IMG/VR virus record: IMGVR_UViG_3300045988_168563
Coordinates: 28,530 to 92,529 of that record
Origin: a virus
Length of the DNA: 64,000 bases
Direction: 5' to 3' (one strand)
Shown here in pieces: positions 44,441 to 55,300 of this stretch (its first letter is position 1; each line of letters opens with the position of its first letter). Below the pieces are notes generated by a model. It was given only the letters and a program-made list of their open reading frames with translations, was not told the DNA's origin and did no database searches. Position numbers and translations under genes: made by a program.

Positions 44441-47400
44441 ATGGGAAGAGCAAAAAGAAAAGTATTCAGGCCGATCTTCGGCCGAGACATCACGTCCAGC
44501 TCTGGGCGTAGGACACAGGAGCGCATAGATAATGAGTTCCGTGCAGCTCAAGAGCTGTACGACATCAATGCTGAGAAGTACCGCGCTTCAGCCATTAGGA
44601 ATCTTCGCGATAGCGATGGCTTTGAAGGTCTCAATGAAGCGGAGAAGCAGATTGCGATCGACAAGGAGATCGCCAATATCATGCCTAAGGAGGAGAACCC
44701 CTTTGCAGATATCAGCTCCAACCCCAATGCTGAAGGTGCTATCCAGCAGGATGAGAAGAGAGCTAAGGCGAGGGGCGATGACTACGGCCTCCTTGACAAG
44801 GCTGAGGTCTGGATGAATGCATCTATGAATAAACTCTTCGCTAACGCCACCCAGTCTATCAAGGCTGGGTCGGACGTTATACGAGGAGCCTCTGACTACT
44901 TCTTCAGTGGGAATGATGTATCACCTAACTACATGCTTAGCGATGCTGTACAGCAGGAAGGTAAGGGTGCATTGTACAATATCTTCGGTGCAGGTAACAA
45001 GTACCTAGCCGAGACTGCAGGTGTCGCTGACAGGGCTATACAAAGCGCTGAAGCGTCTCTTGCTAGTAGGGGTATGGACTCTGGCTTCTGGCACGCTGCA
45101 TCAGACATGGTAGGCCAGTGGGGGTTCACCTATGGTGGTATGGCTACAGCAGCTCTTGGTAGACTTGGTGGTGCCTTCTCAGGCCTTGGTAGTCTAGCTA
45201 AGTCCACTACAGCTGCAGCTAGGTGGGCCAAGGCATCTGAGTACACCAGGAAGATGTTCTCGGCTTCCTCACTCTTCTACGGTGCGCTCAGTGAGGCAGC
45301 CGTAGAGTCGTACGGCGTGAGTAAGTCTCTTGAGGAAGGCAAGAAGGGTCAGCTTGATCAACTGTTGTCCATGATGCAGAAGGATTTCGATCAGGACTTC
45401 TATTCCTATGAGCGTAAATACGGAGCTATGAAGTTTAGTGACTTTACCGATATCATTATGGCAAAGTCGCATCTGGATCCCAGGCTCAAGCGTGAGATCG
45501 CTGGGGTGCTGTCAGGTCAGGTCAAGAACCCATCTTACGCTGCTGCAAAAGCAGCCGAGGCTGTCGTAGCTGAGTACAAGAATCATGCTGAGAAGGCCAT
45601 CCTACAGAACGCTAGTGACGAGATCGACCAGCGCAATGGTCTTGCAGCTGGCTGGACTGCAGGTCTCAACACCGTCCTCCTTACCTTCATGAATAAGTAC
45701 ACCTACGAGCTAGCCACTGATAAGCTCGCTGGTGCAAACCGCATGAAGAAGGCTGGTAGGCTTGGTGCTCTCGGCAGTACGCTTATCAATGCTTCCGCAG
45801 AAGGTATTGAGGAAGTAGTACAGGGTGGTATCAGCAAGGGCGCAGAGAATATCGGTAAGAGGTCTGTCGATGAGATGCTCCGCGCTTCTACCATCTCAGA
45901 AAGGAATAGTACCTCTATCGGTGTGCTCGGCTCTCTTGGTGAGATTGGTAAAGGCATGTGGGACACCACACTCTCTGGCTCTGCGTGGACTGACGAGGCT
46001 CTCCCTGCCATCGTCAGCACTCTCCTCATGCCCATGTACAAGGGTAGTAAGTTTGCTAACGACAGCCATAGGACTGATGCCTTTGGTGATGCAAGACAAA
46101 AGAAAAAGAGCTGGCTTAGTGGTATAGGTAGCCTCTATGACAGTAGCCCTATTGGCTTCTCCGGTATAGAGCGCTACCGAGACTACAAGTACAGCGGTGG
46201 CAAGCAGCGCACCTCTGATGAGGCCATCGAGGCTATGGCCAAGATGATCAAGGGCAAGCATGACGATCTAACTAATGAGGAAAAGAGAGTTATGACTGAG
46301 GTCTTTGGCCAGAACTACGCTGAGGTAGTTCATGAGACCTATCAGAGCGTTGTCGATGCTATGGCTTCAGCTGATCGTATGAATGCTCTCTTGGCTCAGG
46401 TGGCACAGACCTCTAGTGACTTAGCTGAGACCGCTGCAGCAGAGGAGCTGACTAAGGCTCACAACGTGGCTACTATGCTCAGCGTAGTGTACAATAGTTC
46501 TATCGGTCAGGCCAACTTCAGCAAGCGTAACTTCGGTCAATGGACTTCTGACATGATGAGGTCTACTCGTGAGTTCGGTGCTGACATGGGTCACGCTATC
46601 TCCTCCTTCTTCGGTGCTAACACTGAAGAGAAGGAAGCCAGGTATCAGGCTGCCGTTGCTAAGCGTGAAGCTGACAAGGCTGCACGTGAGGAAGCAAGAA
46701 GGTCTGAGTCAGATCCATTCGCTGAGGTGCCTGACAATCTCCGTCCCTTCCTCAACTTCCTTGATGTCAAGGAGACTGATGAGGCTACCCTTGTCAGTAT
46801 CGCTAGGCAACGTATCGAGAACACACTCGATCCTGAGGAGAAGCAGAAGATGCAGGAGGCCTACTTCCAGGGTGAAGGTTCTGACAAACTCACCGAGAAA
46901 GCCATCAAGGATATCGCTGGTGAGATCAACAAGCAGAAGCACACTCTCGCTGACATCGCTGTAGACTACACTAATACCATGAGGTACCTCAACCTTGGTA
47001 CTAGGGCCGGTGATCTGAGTGGTAGAGATAAGAGTCGTATAGCAGCAGCTGCAGCTAGCTTCAACCATCTCAGGAGGCTCTCTTCAGAACACATGGATAC
47101 GTTTGAAGGTGAGCTTGCTGGTCTTTATAAGGAAGTCGTACAGAGTCTTGAGAAGCGAATCACTGAATTTATCAAGGATCGCGAGGACATGCGCAAGAAC
47201 CTCAATACTGATAATAAGGAAACGAAGAGTCGTCTTGAGGAGAACATCGATCAGGTCAACAAGGCGATCGAGGAGCTGGAGAAGCAGATGCGCACTATTG
47301 AGGAAGCTCAGAAGAAGCGTGAGGAAGCCCAGAAGGCTGACTTCTCACATGCTCTTGGTGGCTGGGATGAGTTCATCCAGAGGTTCGAGAGTTTCGCTAA

Positions 47401-50400
47401 GCTCAATGAGGCTCACATCGATGCTGCGTTCATGGCCGGCAACGAGGAGCTTGGCACTAAGCTCGCTGAGATGACCCTTGTTGATGAGAAGAAGTCTGAG
47501 AACGGCAAGCTGGCTCTCAGCTTTGCTAGGCAAGCTATGCAAGGTGTAGAAGCTCTTGACAAGATTCTCGAGGGTAAGAAGAACACCGACATACTTGTGG
47601 CAAAGGCAGCAGAGGAAGAGAAGAAGCAAGCTGAGCAGGATGCTGCTGATGCTGTAAGGAATGGTGAGACTACGGAACAAGTTGATGCCGCTTTGAATAG
47701 CGCTAAGGGTAATGGCTTAGAGAGTGACGAGGTTGATGCCGCAAAGGATGCAGCAGCTAAGGCCGCTGAAGGTGAAGGGTCAGGACTCTCGAAGTATAAG
47801 TCTGCGGTCCGCAATACCATCAAGGACACTCTCATGAATAATGAAGACTTCATGGGGATACTCTACAGTTTTGGACTTGATAAGGATGCAGCTGAGAAGT
47901 TCATCGAGGACTACATCTACTTGGTCACATCTGTAATCGGTGTAGGTTCCAATAATGGCTACAGCGACTACAAGTACTTGATGGGTAAGGCTCTTGAAAA
48001 CCTTGCAAACAACAAGGGCTTAGCTCAGACTACGTTTGGATTTGAGAACGATGAGCTTGTCAACGATGTGCGCCAATGGATTGACAGCAACATGGATCTA
48101 TTCAATCAGGATCCTACTACCCCAGTCCAGACCCTACAAGGTGAGTCAGCTAGGGCTGACGCTGGTCGTAGAGTTGACTCTATAGAGTTCGATCAGGCTA
48201 CACAGAGAGAGATAGAGTCTGCATCGATAGGTGGTGTTAGCATTCTTAACTCAAGCGCATCAGAGCACCTCAAGGAACTCTTCCATGGCAAGAACGCTCT
48301 TACTAATCTCCTGAAGAATGGTAAGGCTGATATCTACACGTCTATCACCTTTGCTGATGGAAAGGCTACTATAGAAGTATCGATCAAGACAGAGTTCGGT
48401 ACGTATGAGTTTAGTTTCAGCCTCAAGTATGACGATCTGAGGAATCGCCTACAGATGGAAGTTAGCCTCGGTACTCTTATCGGTGACATTGTCAACACCA
48501 TAATCAATGTCAATGAGAAGAATGTCAAGAAGGCGTTTGAAGCTGCCCACAAGGACTACTTAAAGAAGAAGAAAGAGGCTGAGAAGGATGCTGTAGGCAA
48601 GCCAAGTAGCAGTGAACAGAACAACAAGGGTCGAGACTCAAACAAGAAGGGTGTTGTACACGAGGGCCCAGTTCCAGGATCTACACCTCCTGCATCTCCA
48701 GCTACTGATCCTACAGATGATGATGGAAACAAACCATCCCTTCCTCACACCGGACGACTCACGCTATGGGATGCCTACAACCCTGGACTTAATGAGGCAA
48801 ACCTCACCTCTCTGTCGGAAGAGTGGCAAGAGAGGATAAGGAAGTGGTATAAGGAAAAGAACGTAGGTCTCAACCTCAAGAACGCTAAGGGAAATGAGAT
48901 CTTCTATGGGTTTGCTGAGGAGCTATCTGAGAATGGCGATGTCAGCAACTCTCCTCTCGTTGTCTACGTGAAGGACGAGCAAGGGCAGTTCATCCCTATC
49001 GGTCTCCTGCCAGCTAAGACAAGTGGCAATACGCAGGTCCTGATCAACAACGCTCGCGCTGTAGCTACTGAGGACAAGAAGTTCGATATCTTCTCTTCCT
49101 CAGATCTCAATGCTCCGAAGGTAACTATCAGCAAGGTTAAGTACTCACCATTCGAAGTCAAGCGTGTACGCGGAGATGAGACTATCGATGCTGAGGATAT
49201 CGAGAATGGTGTTGAGGAAGAGCTGAAGAGGGGCCAGGTCGCTATCTCTGTCACTGCATTCCCAAATAGGGACAATCCCCCAACGATCAAAAGTACCACT
49301 CACAACAAGGCTCTTGCTGATGAGGCTGCTAAGGAGATCGATGCGTTCATAAAAGAGAAGGAATCATTCCTAGCTCAGAACTACGGACAGACTTACCTGG
49401 TCGTTCTTATCAATGGCAAGGATGGTCCTAAGCCTATACTGGTTGGTATTAAGGGCCGAGACTTGATCGTTGATCTTGTGCAAGGCACAGCAGGCAAGAG
49501 CGAGGCCTCTAGTCTGGCTGATGAGTACATGGCTAAGCTCACAGAAGAGTTTGAGAAGGCCATGGAGACACCAGACGGTGAGGCTTCAGGGGTTTATGAA
49601 GAAAAGTACTCTAATGTATTCGGCAGCTCCTTTGTCTATTCGGTTAAGCCTCTTCGTGATGCTGATGGTAATGTAACTCAAGTTGAGATCACATTCCCCA
49701 AGCGACTAAACGAAGGTAATGTTCAGAGCTCTGCACCTGTTGTTGTAGATATTGATCTATCCTCAGGGAATACCAGGCAGGCTCTTGCTAAGGCCATCGT
49801 CGATGCCATGAAGTCCTCTGGCAAGGAGAATCGTAGGACGGCTATCGCTGAGTCTATTATGGGCAACAAGGATAAGGTCGAGGCCGTTATGACCAGTGGC
49901 ATGCGAATGACCGAGGTGCGTAGTGAAGCCGGTTTTGAAGCTCGCTCTGAGGAGAAGGGCAATGAGGAAGGTACAGATGGTACTACCGACTCTACTACTC
50001 CTCCTCAAGGACCTGAAGGTACGAAGTCAACACCTAAGGTGTCTGAGGCTCCAGCAGGTCAGGTAGGTCAAAGCGATGGTCCATTCGGTTCTTCCGGTGA
50101 AGCCTCTCTTGAGAATATCAAGGACAAACTCGCAAAGGATCTCGTTGACGAAGGGTACGGCGTCGTCGTCAAGAGTTCTACCTCTCCTTATATCGCAGCC
50201 ACCAGTAATGGCAGGATCTACATGTTCGAGATCAATGCCGTCGACGGCTCTTATAAACAGGTCGAGTGGAGCAATATGCATCCTGCCCTCAAGGCTGATG
50301 CTTTCTCTCTCGTCAATAGCGCCCTATCATCAGACTTCAAGAGTAGCAAGAATGGTAGACTCCTTGAGTATGGTGAAGAGATGGGTGGTACTACTCACAC

Positions 50401-52237
50401 TATCTTCGTCCGTAGATCTACGAAGGGTATGTCCACTGGAAATGAGAGGAAGAGTAGTGGTAGTAATGCAGATAGGGTTATTAGGCTGGCTGGCGAGGGA
50501 AAGCATGTTGCTGCTCATGCCATCAAGACTGAACCAACACTCAGGGGGCTTGTTCTTGAGCTTGCAGCCAAGGGTGTCTCATCTGGCACGCCGATCTACT
50601 TCTCTGAGCACACCATCAATGGTAAGACCTATGGTGGTGGGCACAAGGTTATCCTGCAAGCCGAGGATGAGCATGGCAAGATCCATAGCGTTGAGATAGA
50701 GATCGACAATGAGCTTGGCGCTAAGATGGATAAGATCGCAGAAGATGTCCGTGAACTATCTGCCAGGAAGGTCGCTGAAGGTTTTGCCATGATCTCCGAC
50801 GTGAAGATGAAGGATATCAATAGTGGTAGAATCTCCGGTGAAGCAGATATCGTCTTCCTCAGGAACGATGGTGAGAAGGCTGAGGGCATAGTCGCTGATA
50901 TTAAGAGTACTCTTATTGGATCTGAGAACTCATCTCCAGCTGAGGAAATCCGACAGAGCAGTCATAATGGTGTACCAGCCACGACTAAGTACAAGACTCA
51001 GATTGATGGCTATGAGACACATATCAAATCCTTAGGCTTCAAGATCGCTGAGCAAGGATATGTTATCGCTGTTGGCTATGCCACAAGCAACGGAGCAACT
51101 GTTGTCGAGGCTATGTCTCTAGATGAAAAAGATCTTAATCAGCACAGGAGGCAACTTAATCGCGGCACACGAGTAGGTAGTAATGGTCTTGATAGCAACG
51201 ATCAGACTGAGGCTAACCCTAAACAAGATAGAGCGGCCCTTCTGCCATTTGAGCGAGGAGATGTATATAGAGAGGCTCATGACGTAGCCAAGCTCCTTCC
51301 TCAAGGTATGCTCTATCAGGCTCTGAGGATCTACCGAGGTGTTGCTGAGGTAGCTCCAGATGTCTGGGGTAGGTATCGTAATGGTGTCCTTGAGGTCGCC
51401 GAGGGTGCATCGGCTGGTACTCTCTATCACGAGGCCATGCACTTCATCTACGAGAAGCTCCTCACTGATGCTGATAGGGGTATGCTAGTATCAGGCTTGT
51501 CAGAGGTGACTGAGGAACAGATCAGAGAGATCTTCGGTAATCAGATTCCAGTGGCCTATGCTCATGATGTACAAGAACTCTCCGCCGAGCTCTTCCGTCT
51601 GTGGATGCAGACCAAGGGGGATAAGAAGGCCCGCAAGGCTCTTGAGGAGAAGATAACTAAGCTCGCTCCTAAGAAGAAGGGCTTCTGGGGTCGATTGCAG
51701 GCCCTCTGGGAGCGTATCAAGGCCGCCCTGGGGTATACTCCTCAGTCGAGTATTGTAAGCCTCCTGACGGGTATTGATGGTGGTAACTACTCCCATGTGT
51801 CTGTAGCCTCAAGAGTGAACGCTACCAACCTCTCCTCACCTATGGAGGGCGTGGTAGAGTCAATGCTTAGGTATGGTCTTATGAGTGAGGAAGAGTTTAA
51901 CTCCTCTTACGATCCTTTCTCAATCATGGCCTCAAGGAATCTGGCTCAGCTTATCCATAGGAAGCTCATGGAGCTTGCGTATGAGGCTCTAAGGGATCTT
52001 GAGGGAGATAAGATTGAGACTGATCATGCCGGCAGTATCAGGCGTATGGAGGGAACTCTTGACGATGCTATTGCTGTCCTTCGTGACGCAGCCGCAAACT
52101 CAGAGAAGGCTCAGCATGCCGTTGAGATCATCGATGAGCTTGGTATTGACGGTAACACTAAGACGATCCAGGAGATGGACGCCATTGAGGAGAGGACAGA
52201 TAATCTCCTTGGTCAAACGCTTGCAGGCTGTAGGTAA
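44441..52237 (+). CDS. giant polyvalent-type virion protein with RecB-like PD-(D/E)xK and HExxH zincin motifs
   Basis: 2598-aa uninterrupted ORF. ISGEADIVFLRNDGEKAEGIVADIKST..KTQIDGY gives D 50846-50848, D-I-K 50897-50905 and QxxxY 50999-51013, i.e. RecB/Cas4-type nuclease motifs II, III and QhxxY. About 140 aa downstream lies GTLYHEAMHFIYEKL (HEAMH = 51428-51442). Confidence 0.8.
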   Translation: MGRAKRKVFRPIFGRDITSSSGRRTQERIDNEFRAAQELYDINAEKYRASAIRNLRDSDGFEGLNEAEKQIAIDKEIANIMPKEENPFADISSNPNAEGAIQQDEKRAKARGDDYGLLDKAEVWMNASMNKLFANATQSIKAGSDVIRGASDYFFSGNDVSPNYMLSDAVQQEGKGALYNIFGAGNKYLAETAGVADRAIQSAEASLASRGMDSGFWHAASDMVGQWGFTYGGMATAALGRLGGAFSGLGSLAKSTTAAARWAKASEYTRKMFSASSLFYGALSEAAVESYGVSKSLEEGKKGQLDQLLSMMQKDFDQDFYSYERKYGAMKFSDFTDIIMAKSHLDPRLKREIAGVLSGQVKNPSYAAAKAAEAVVAEYKNHAEKAILQNASDEIDQRNGLAAGWTAGLNTVLLTFMNKYTYELATDKLAGANRMKKAGRLGALGSTLINASAEGIEEVVQGGISKGAENIGKRSVDEMLRASTISERNSTSIGVLGSLGEIGKGMWDTTLSGSAWTDEALPAIVSTLLMPMYKGSKFANDSHRTDAFGDARQKKKSWLSGIGSLYDSSPIGFSGIERYRDYKYSGGKQRTSDEAIEAMAKMIKGKHDDLTNEEKRVMTEVFGQNYAEVVHETYQSVVDAMASADRMNALLAQVAQTSSDLAETAAAEELTKAHNVATMLSVVYNSSIGQANFSKRNFGQWTSDMMRSTREFGADMGHAISSFFGANTEEKEARYQAAVAKREADKAAREEARRSESDPFAEVPDNLRPFLNFLDVKETDEATLVSIARQRIENTLDPEEKQKMQEAYFQGEGSDKLTEKAIKDIAGEINKQKHTLADIAVDYTNTMRYLNLGTRAGDLSGRDKSRIAAAAASFNHLRRLSSEHMDTFEGELAGLYKEVVQSLEKRITEFIKDREDMRKNLNTDNKETKSRLEENIDQVNKAIEELEKQMRTIEEAQKKREEAQKADFSHALGGWDEFIQRFESFAKLNEAHIDAAFMAGNEELGTKLAEMTLVDEKKSENGKLALSFARQAMQGVEALDKILEGKKNTDILVAKAAEEEKKQAEQDAADAVRNGETTEQVDAALNSAKGNGLESDEVDAAKDAAAKAAEGEGSGLSKYKSAVRNTIKDTLMNNEDFMGILYSFGLDKDAAEKFIEDYIYLVTSVIGVGSNNGYSDYKYLMGKALENLANNKGLAQTTFGFENDELVNDVRQWIDSNMDLFNQDPTTPVQTLQGESARADAGRRVDSIEFDQATQREIESASIGGVSILNSSASEHLKELFHGKNALTNLLKNGKADIYTSITFADGKATIEVSIKTEFGTYEFSFSLKYDDLRNRLQMEVSLGTLIGDIVNTIINVNEKNVKKAFEAAHKDYLKKKKEAEKDAVGKPSSSEQNNKGRDSNKKGVVHEGPVPGSTPPASPATDPTDDDGNKPSLPHTGRLTLWDAYNPGLNEANLTSLSEEWQERIRKWYKEKNVGLNLKNAKGNEIFYGFAEELSENGDVSNSPLVVYVKDEQGQFIPIGLLPAKTSGNTQVLINNARAVATEDKKFDIFSSSDLNAPKVTISKVKYSPFEVKRVRGDETIDAEDIENGVEEELKRGQVAISVTAFPNRDNPPTIKSTTHNKALADEAAKEIDAFIKEKESFLAQNYGQTYLVVLINGKDGPKPILVGIKGRDLIVDLVQGTAGKSEASSLADEYMAKLTEEFEKAMETPDGEASGVYEEKYSNVFGSSFVYSVKPLRDADGNVTQVEITFPKRLNEGNVQSSAPVVVDIDLSSGNTRQALAKAIVDAMKSSGKENRRTAIAESIMGNKDKVEAVMTSGMRMTEVRSEAGFEARSEEKGNEEGTDGTTDSTTPPQGPEGTKSTPKVSEAPAGQVGQSDGPFGSSGEASLENIKDKLAKDLVDEGYGVVVKSSTSPYIAATSNGRIYMFEINAVDGSYKQVEWSNMHPALKADAFSLVNSALSSDFKSSKNGRLLEYGEEMGGTTHTIFVRRSTKGMSTGNERKSSGSNADRVIRLAGEGKHVAAHAIKTEPTLRGLVLELAAKGVSSGTPIYFSEHTINGKTYGGGHKVILQAEDEHGKIHSVEIEIDNELGAKMDKIAEDVRELSARKVAEGFAMISDVKMKDINSGRISGEADIVFLRNDGEKAEGIVADIKSTLIGSENSSPAEEIRQSSHNGVPATTKYKTQIDGYETHIKSLGFKIAEQGYVIAVGYATSNGATVVEAMSLDEKDLNQHRRQLNRGTRVGSNGLDSNDQTEANPKQDRAALLPFERGDVYREAHDVAKLLPQGMLYQALRIYRGVAEVAPDVWGRYRNGVLEVAEGASAGTLYHEAMHFIYEKLLTDADRGMLVSGLSEVTEEQIREIFGNQIPVAYAHDVQELSAELFRLWMQTKGDKKARKALEEKITKLAPKKKGFWGRLQALWERIKAALGYTPQSSIVSLLTGIDGGNYSHVSVASRVNATNLSSPMEGVVESMLRYGLMSEEEFNSSYDPFSIMASRNLAQLIHRKLMELAYEALRDLEGDKIETDHAGSIRRMEGTLDDAIAVLRDAAANSEKAQHAVEIIDELGIDGNTKTIQEMDAIEERTDNLLGQTLAGCR

Positions 52238-52257
52238 TCCCAACCTGTAGCTTATAC

Positions 52258-52302
52258 AAAAAGAATCCCCCATCCTTCTTCAGGGTGGGGGATCTTTCTT
52301 TT
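52258..52302. terminator. bidirectional terminator between the convergent giant genes
   Basis: GA(A)TCCCCCATCC-TTCTTCA-GGGTGGGGGATC hairpin (52263-52294), flanked by an A-run (52258-52262) and TTTCTTTT (52295-52302). It sits between stops 52237 (+) and 52303 (-). Confidence 0.65.
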
Positions 52303-55300
52303 CTAGTAAGCTACGTCTAAGCCATCTCCCTCTGACTCTCCTCTTTCAAAGACCTCATAGTCGGATAGGTCTTCACCAGCTAGACCTTCGTACTTCATGA
52401 AGAAGCTGTCAGGTAATGGTGTCAAGTAGTTTGACTGGTACTTCTTGATGTCCTTCATCTGCTTCTCTCTGAATTGGTCGTTGATGAATGGCACATTAAA
52501 CATGTTCCTGCCTATAACACCCACGATGAAGACATTCCAGAAGGTCCTGTCCGCAGGAGATCCATTCTCCATGTCGTTCTTGTACCTTCTCCAAGCCTTC
52601 ACGATAAAGCTATCATCGGACTCCTCAATATACCTTTCCTCATTCTCCCACTCAGTGGGGTTGGCTTTCTTGCGTCCCTCCTGGCTGTTGTTGGCTATCC
52701 TGTTGTACGTATCACCTATCCCGCTGAATAGACTCATCATGGTCTTATACCCAGCTACACCACTAGTCGCCATCGACTCGATGCTCTGTCCGAAGTCCAT
52801 CTTCTTCACGCCGGCCCCAGCACCGAACATATTATTCTGCACCATAGCCATAGCGAAGGCTATAGGATCACCAGGGTGAAGCTCATTAGAACCTGCGCTA
52901 GCCAGACCGTAGAGGTCAGCAACAAAGCCAAGGCTTATCTCCTTCATCTCCTTGTTGAGGTGTCTCCTCGCTGACTCCATCTCTGAAGACGTAGCGTTCC
53001 CATCAGCCTCCTTAAACCTCGCGTAGTTCCTCCTCATGCGGTCATAGAGGTCTGTATGAATCCATCCCTCCTTCACAGCCGTAGGCCCGAGGATAGGCGT
53101 TAGAGACATGATGAAGTGCATGGCAAGCTCAGCTAGTGTCTCGTACCAGGGCTCATCATCATCGTCATCAGCAAAGCCCATAGTAAGCATAGCCACGTAG
53201 AGCGTATCTGTGATAGCTCGCATCGCATGTAAGATGAGGGCTGACCTACCAAGCCTGTGTAGGTTATTAGCCTGCATGTCGGATAAATGGAATGCCTTCT
53301 GCACCCTACCCCTAAGCGTCTTGCTTATCATGAGTGGCACAAACATAGCTACAGCAGCCGTACCCAGCGTATGCATAGCGCTGATACTATTCTTCCCATT
53401 TTCACCCTTGACGTGCATCATACGCCATAGGGTCGTGTATGCTCCTTCCTCAAACTCTTGGTTCTGCGCGTTGTACCTTGTACCCCTAAACATATCAGAG
53501 ATAATCACAGGCATCCAGTTGCGGAAGGTGAGCACAGCCCTACCAATGGCGTATGAGTTTGCAGCTGCCCTGTCATTGTCGTTATATGCACCAAGGGTTC
53601 TTTGTGTCCCAAGGAGCAACCTCTGAGAGTGACCACCAAGCCAGTCGTACATTGCTTCCCTGTGCTCAGCTCCAGAGAATTTTATAAGGGCATCCTCAAC
53701 GAACTTAGTCATCTTTACTCCCTCTGGAGCCTTGAGATTTTTCATGTAGTCATAAAGTGACACACCCTTGAACTCCTCCTTAGCTGCTGGGTTCAGCTCG
53801 CCAGCCTCGACGTTGAGGAGGTATGCGATGGCGAAGCTCTGCTTCATCCATTCATCACCCATGGTCAATGGAGCCATGAGAGTCTCAGTCGAGAATAAGC
53901 TCATCAGTGACCTTACCTGCGAAACATTGCCTTGCATGAAGGCTTGTCGTCCATCGTGGCTAGAGTCCATGAGGAAGAGCAAAGATGTGAGAGGATCTTC
54001 AATGATACCCCTCTTATTGAACTTCCACCTATTGGGGATCTCCCTATGTGCAAGCAGGATCGCCTTCACTAGCGTCGTAGCGTTATACCCAGTACGACTA
54101 TCACCTAAGGCTGTTGCTCTGAGGAAGCCATTGATGAGGTTCTTGATACCTGACACAGCATTGAGCCCAAGACCAGTGACGTAGACAAGGTCGTTGAATG
54201 GATCCATCACTGCATCCAACCTCTTATCCCAGTCAGGTCTTTCATCATTGATGACGTTCTTTTCGTAAATAGTACGATTGATAAAGGCATCATAGTCAGC
54301 CATCTTATCTCGTCCTACTCCATTCTCCCTGCTGTGGTAGCCTCGATTCTCCACGTCAAGGATACGCGTCAGTTCTACGATGTGCCTGATAGCGGCCATC
54401 CTAGTGTAATAGCCTGAGGAAGCGGCATAAGCCTTCATAGCGCCGATAGGGTCAGTAAGGTAGTCCACGTCTGGATTCTTCGACAGCTCAAGTCCGAACT
54501 GAGTATAGCCCTTAGGCTTGTGAACAAAGAGTAGTGTACCCAGGGGATCTTTTGTATGGACCCCTTCGTATTCCTCAATACCAACGACACCTCCAAGGAT
54601 CTTCTGCTTCCAGTTGATAGCCGCAACCCTCTTGAATGGGTTAAGCTCTTTTGATGATCCCTGCCTTGCAATGAGTGGCAGCTTCCATGGTTCTGGTGTC
54701 AGCCCTGACCAAATGTCCAGGTCTTTCTTTATATCCCATAGCGCATCAACAAATTCCTTCTGCACATCGCTGAGTTTGTCGTACTCCTCATTTCTGAAGA
54801 AGTCTCCAGGGTAGGTCTCTACTATGTCAGAGCCGTCTTCTCTTTGCCCAACGATATACTCCTCTGTGAGCTTAGAACCATGCTCTCGCTCCCACTCTTC
54901 CTTATGGTACTTCTCTAGGCCTCTTCTTTCCTGCTGGATAGATTCATAGTCCATATTGGCTTTGTGTATCCTTCGATACTCCGCCAACTTCTCATTGAGA
55001 GCCTTCTCTATCTTCTCTTTGATCTTCTCCTTCTCAGCCTCGAACTCCATCCACTTGAATTGAGATACGATCTCACCGGTGATACGGCCGTTCTTGTCAC
55101 GCATTAAAGACCACTGACTCTCATTCTGAAGATTATACTTCTCCTTGATCTCTGTCAGCTTACGCTCAGTCATCTCTGTTCTAGCCACAATAGCCATGTT
55201 TCCTCTGGTCTCCGTGGATTTGATGAATCGAGCCATGAGAACATGGATGAGGTCTCCGTTGGTAGCTACTGGTGTGAGGAAGGCAGAGAGCTTGTTATTC

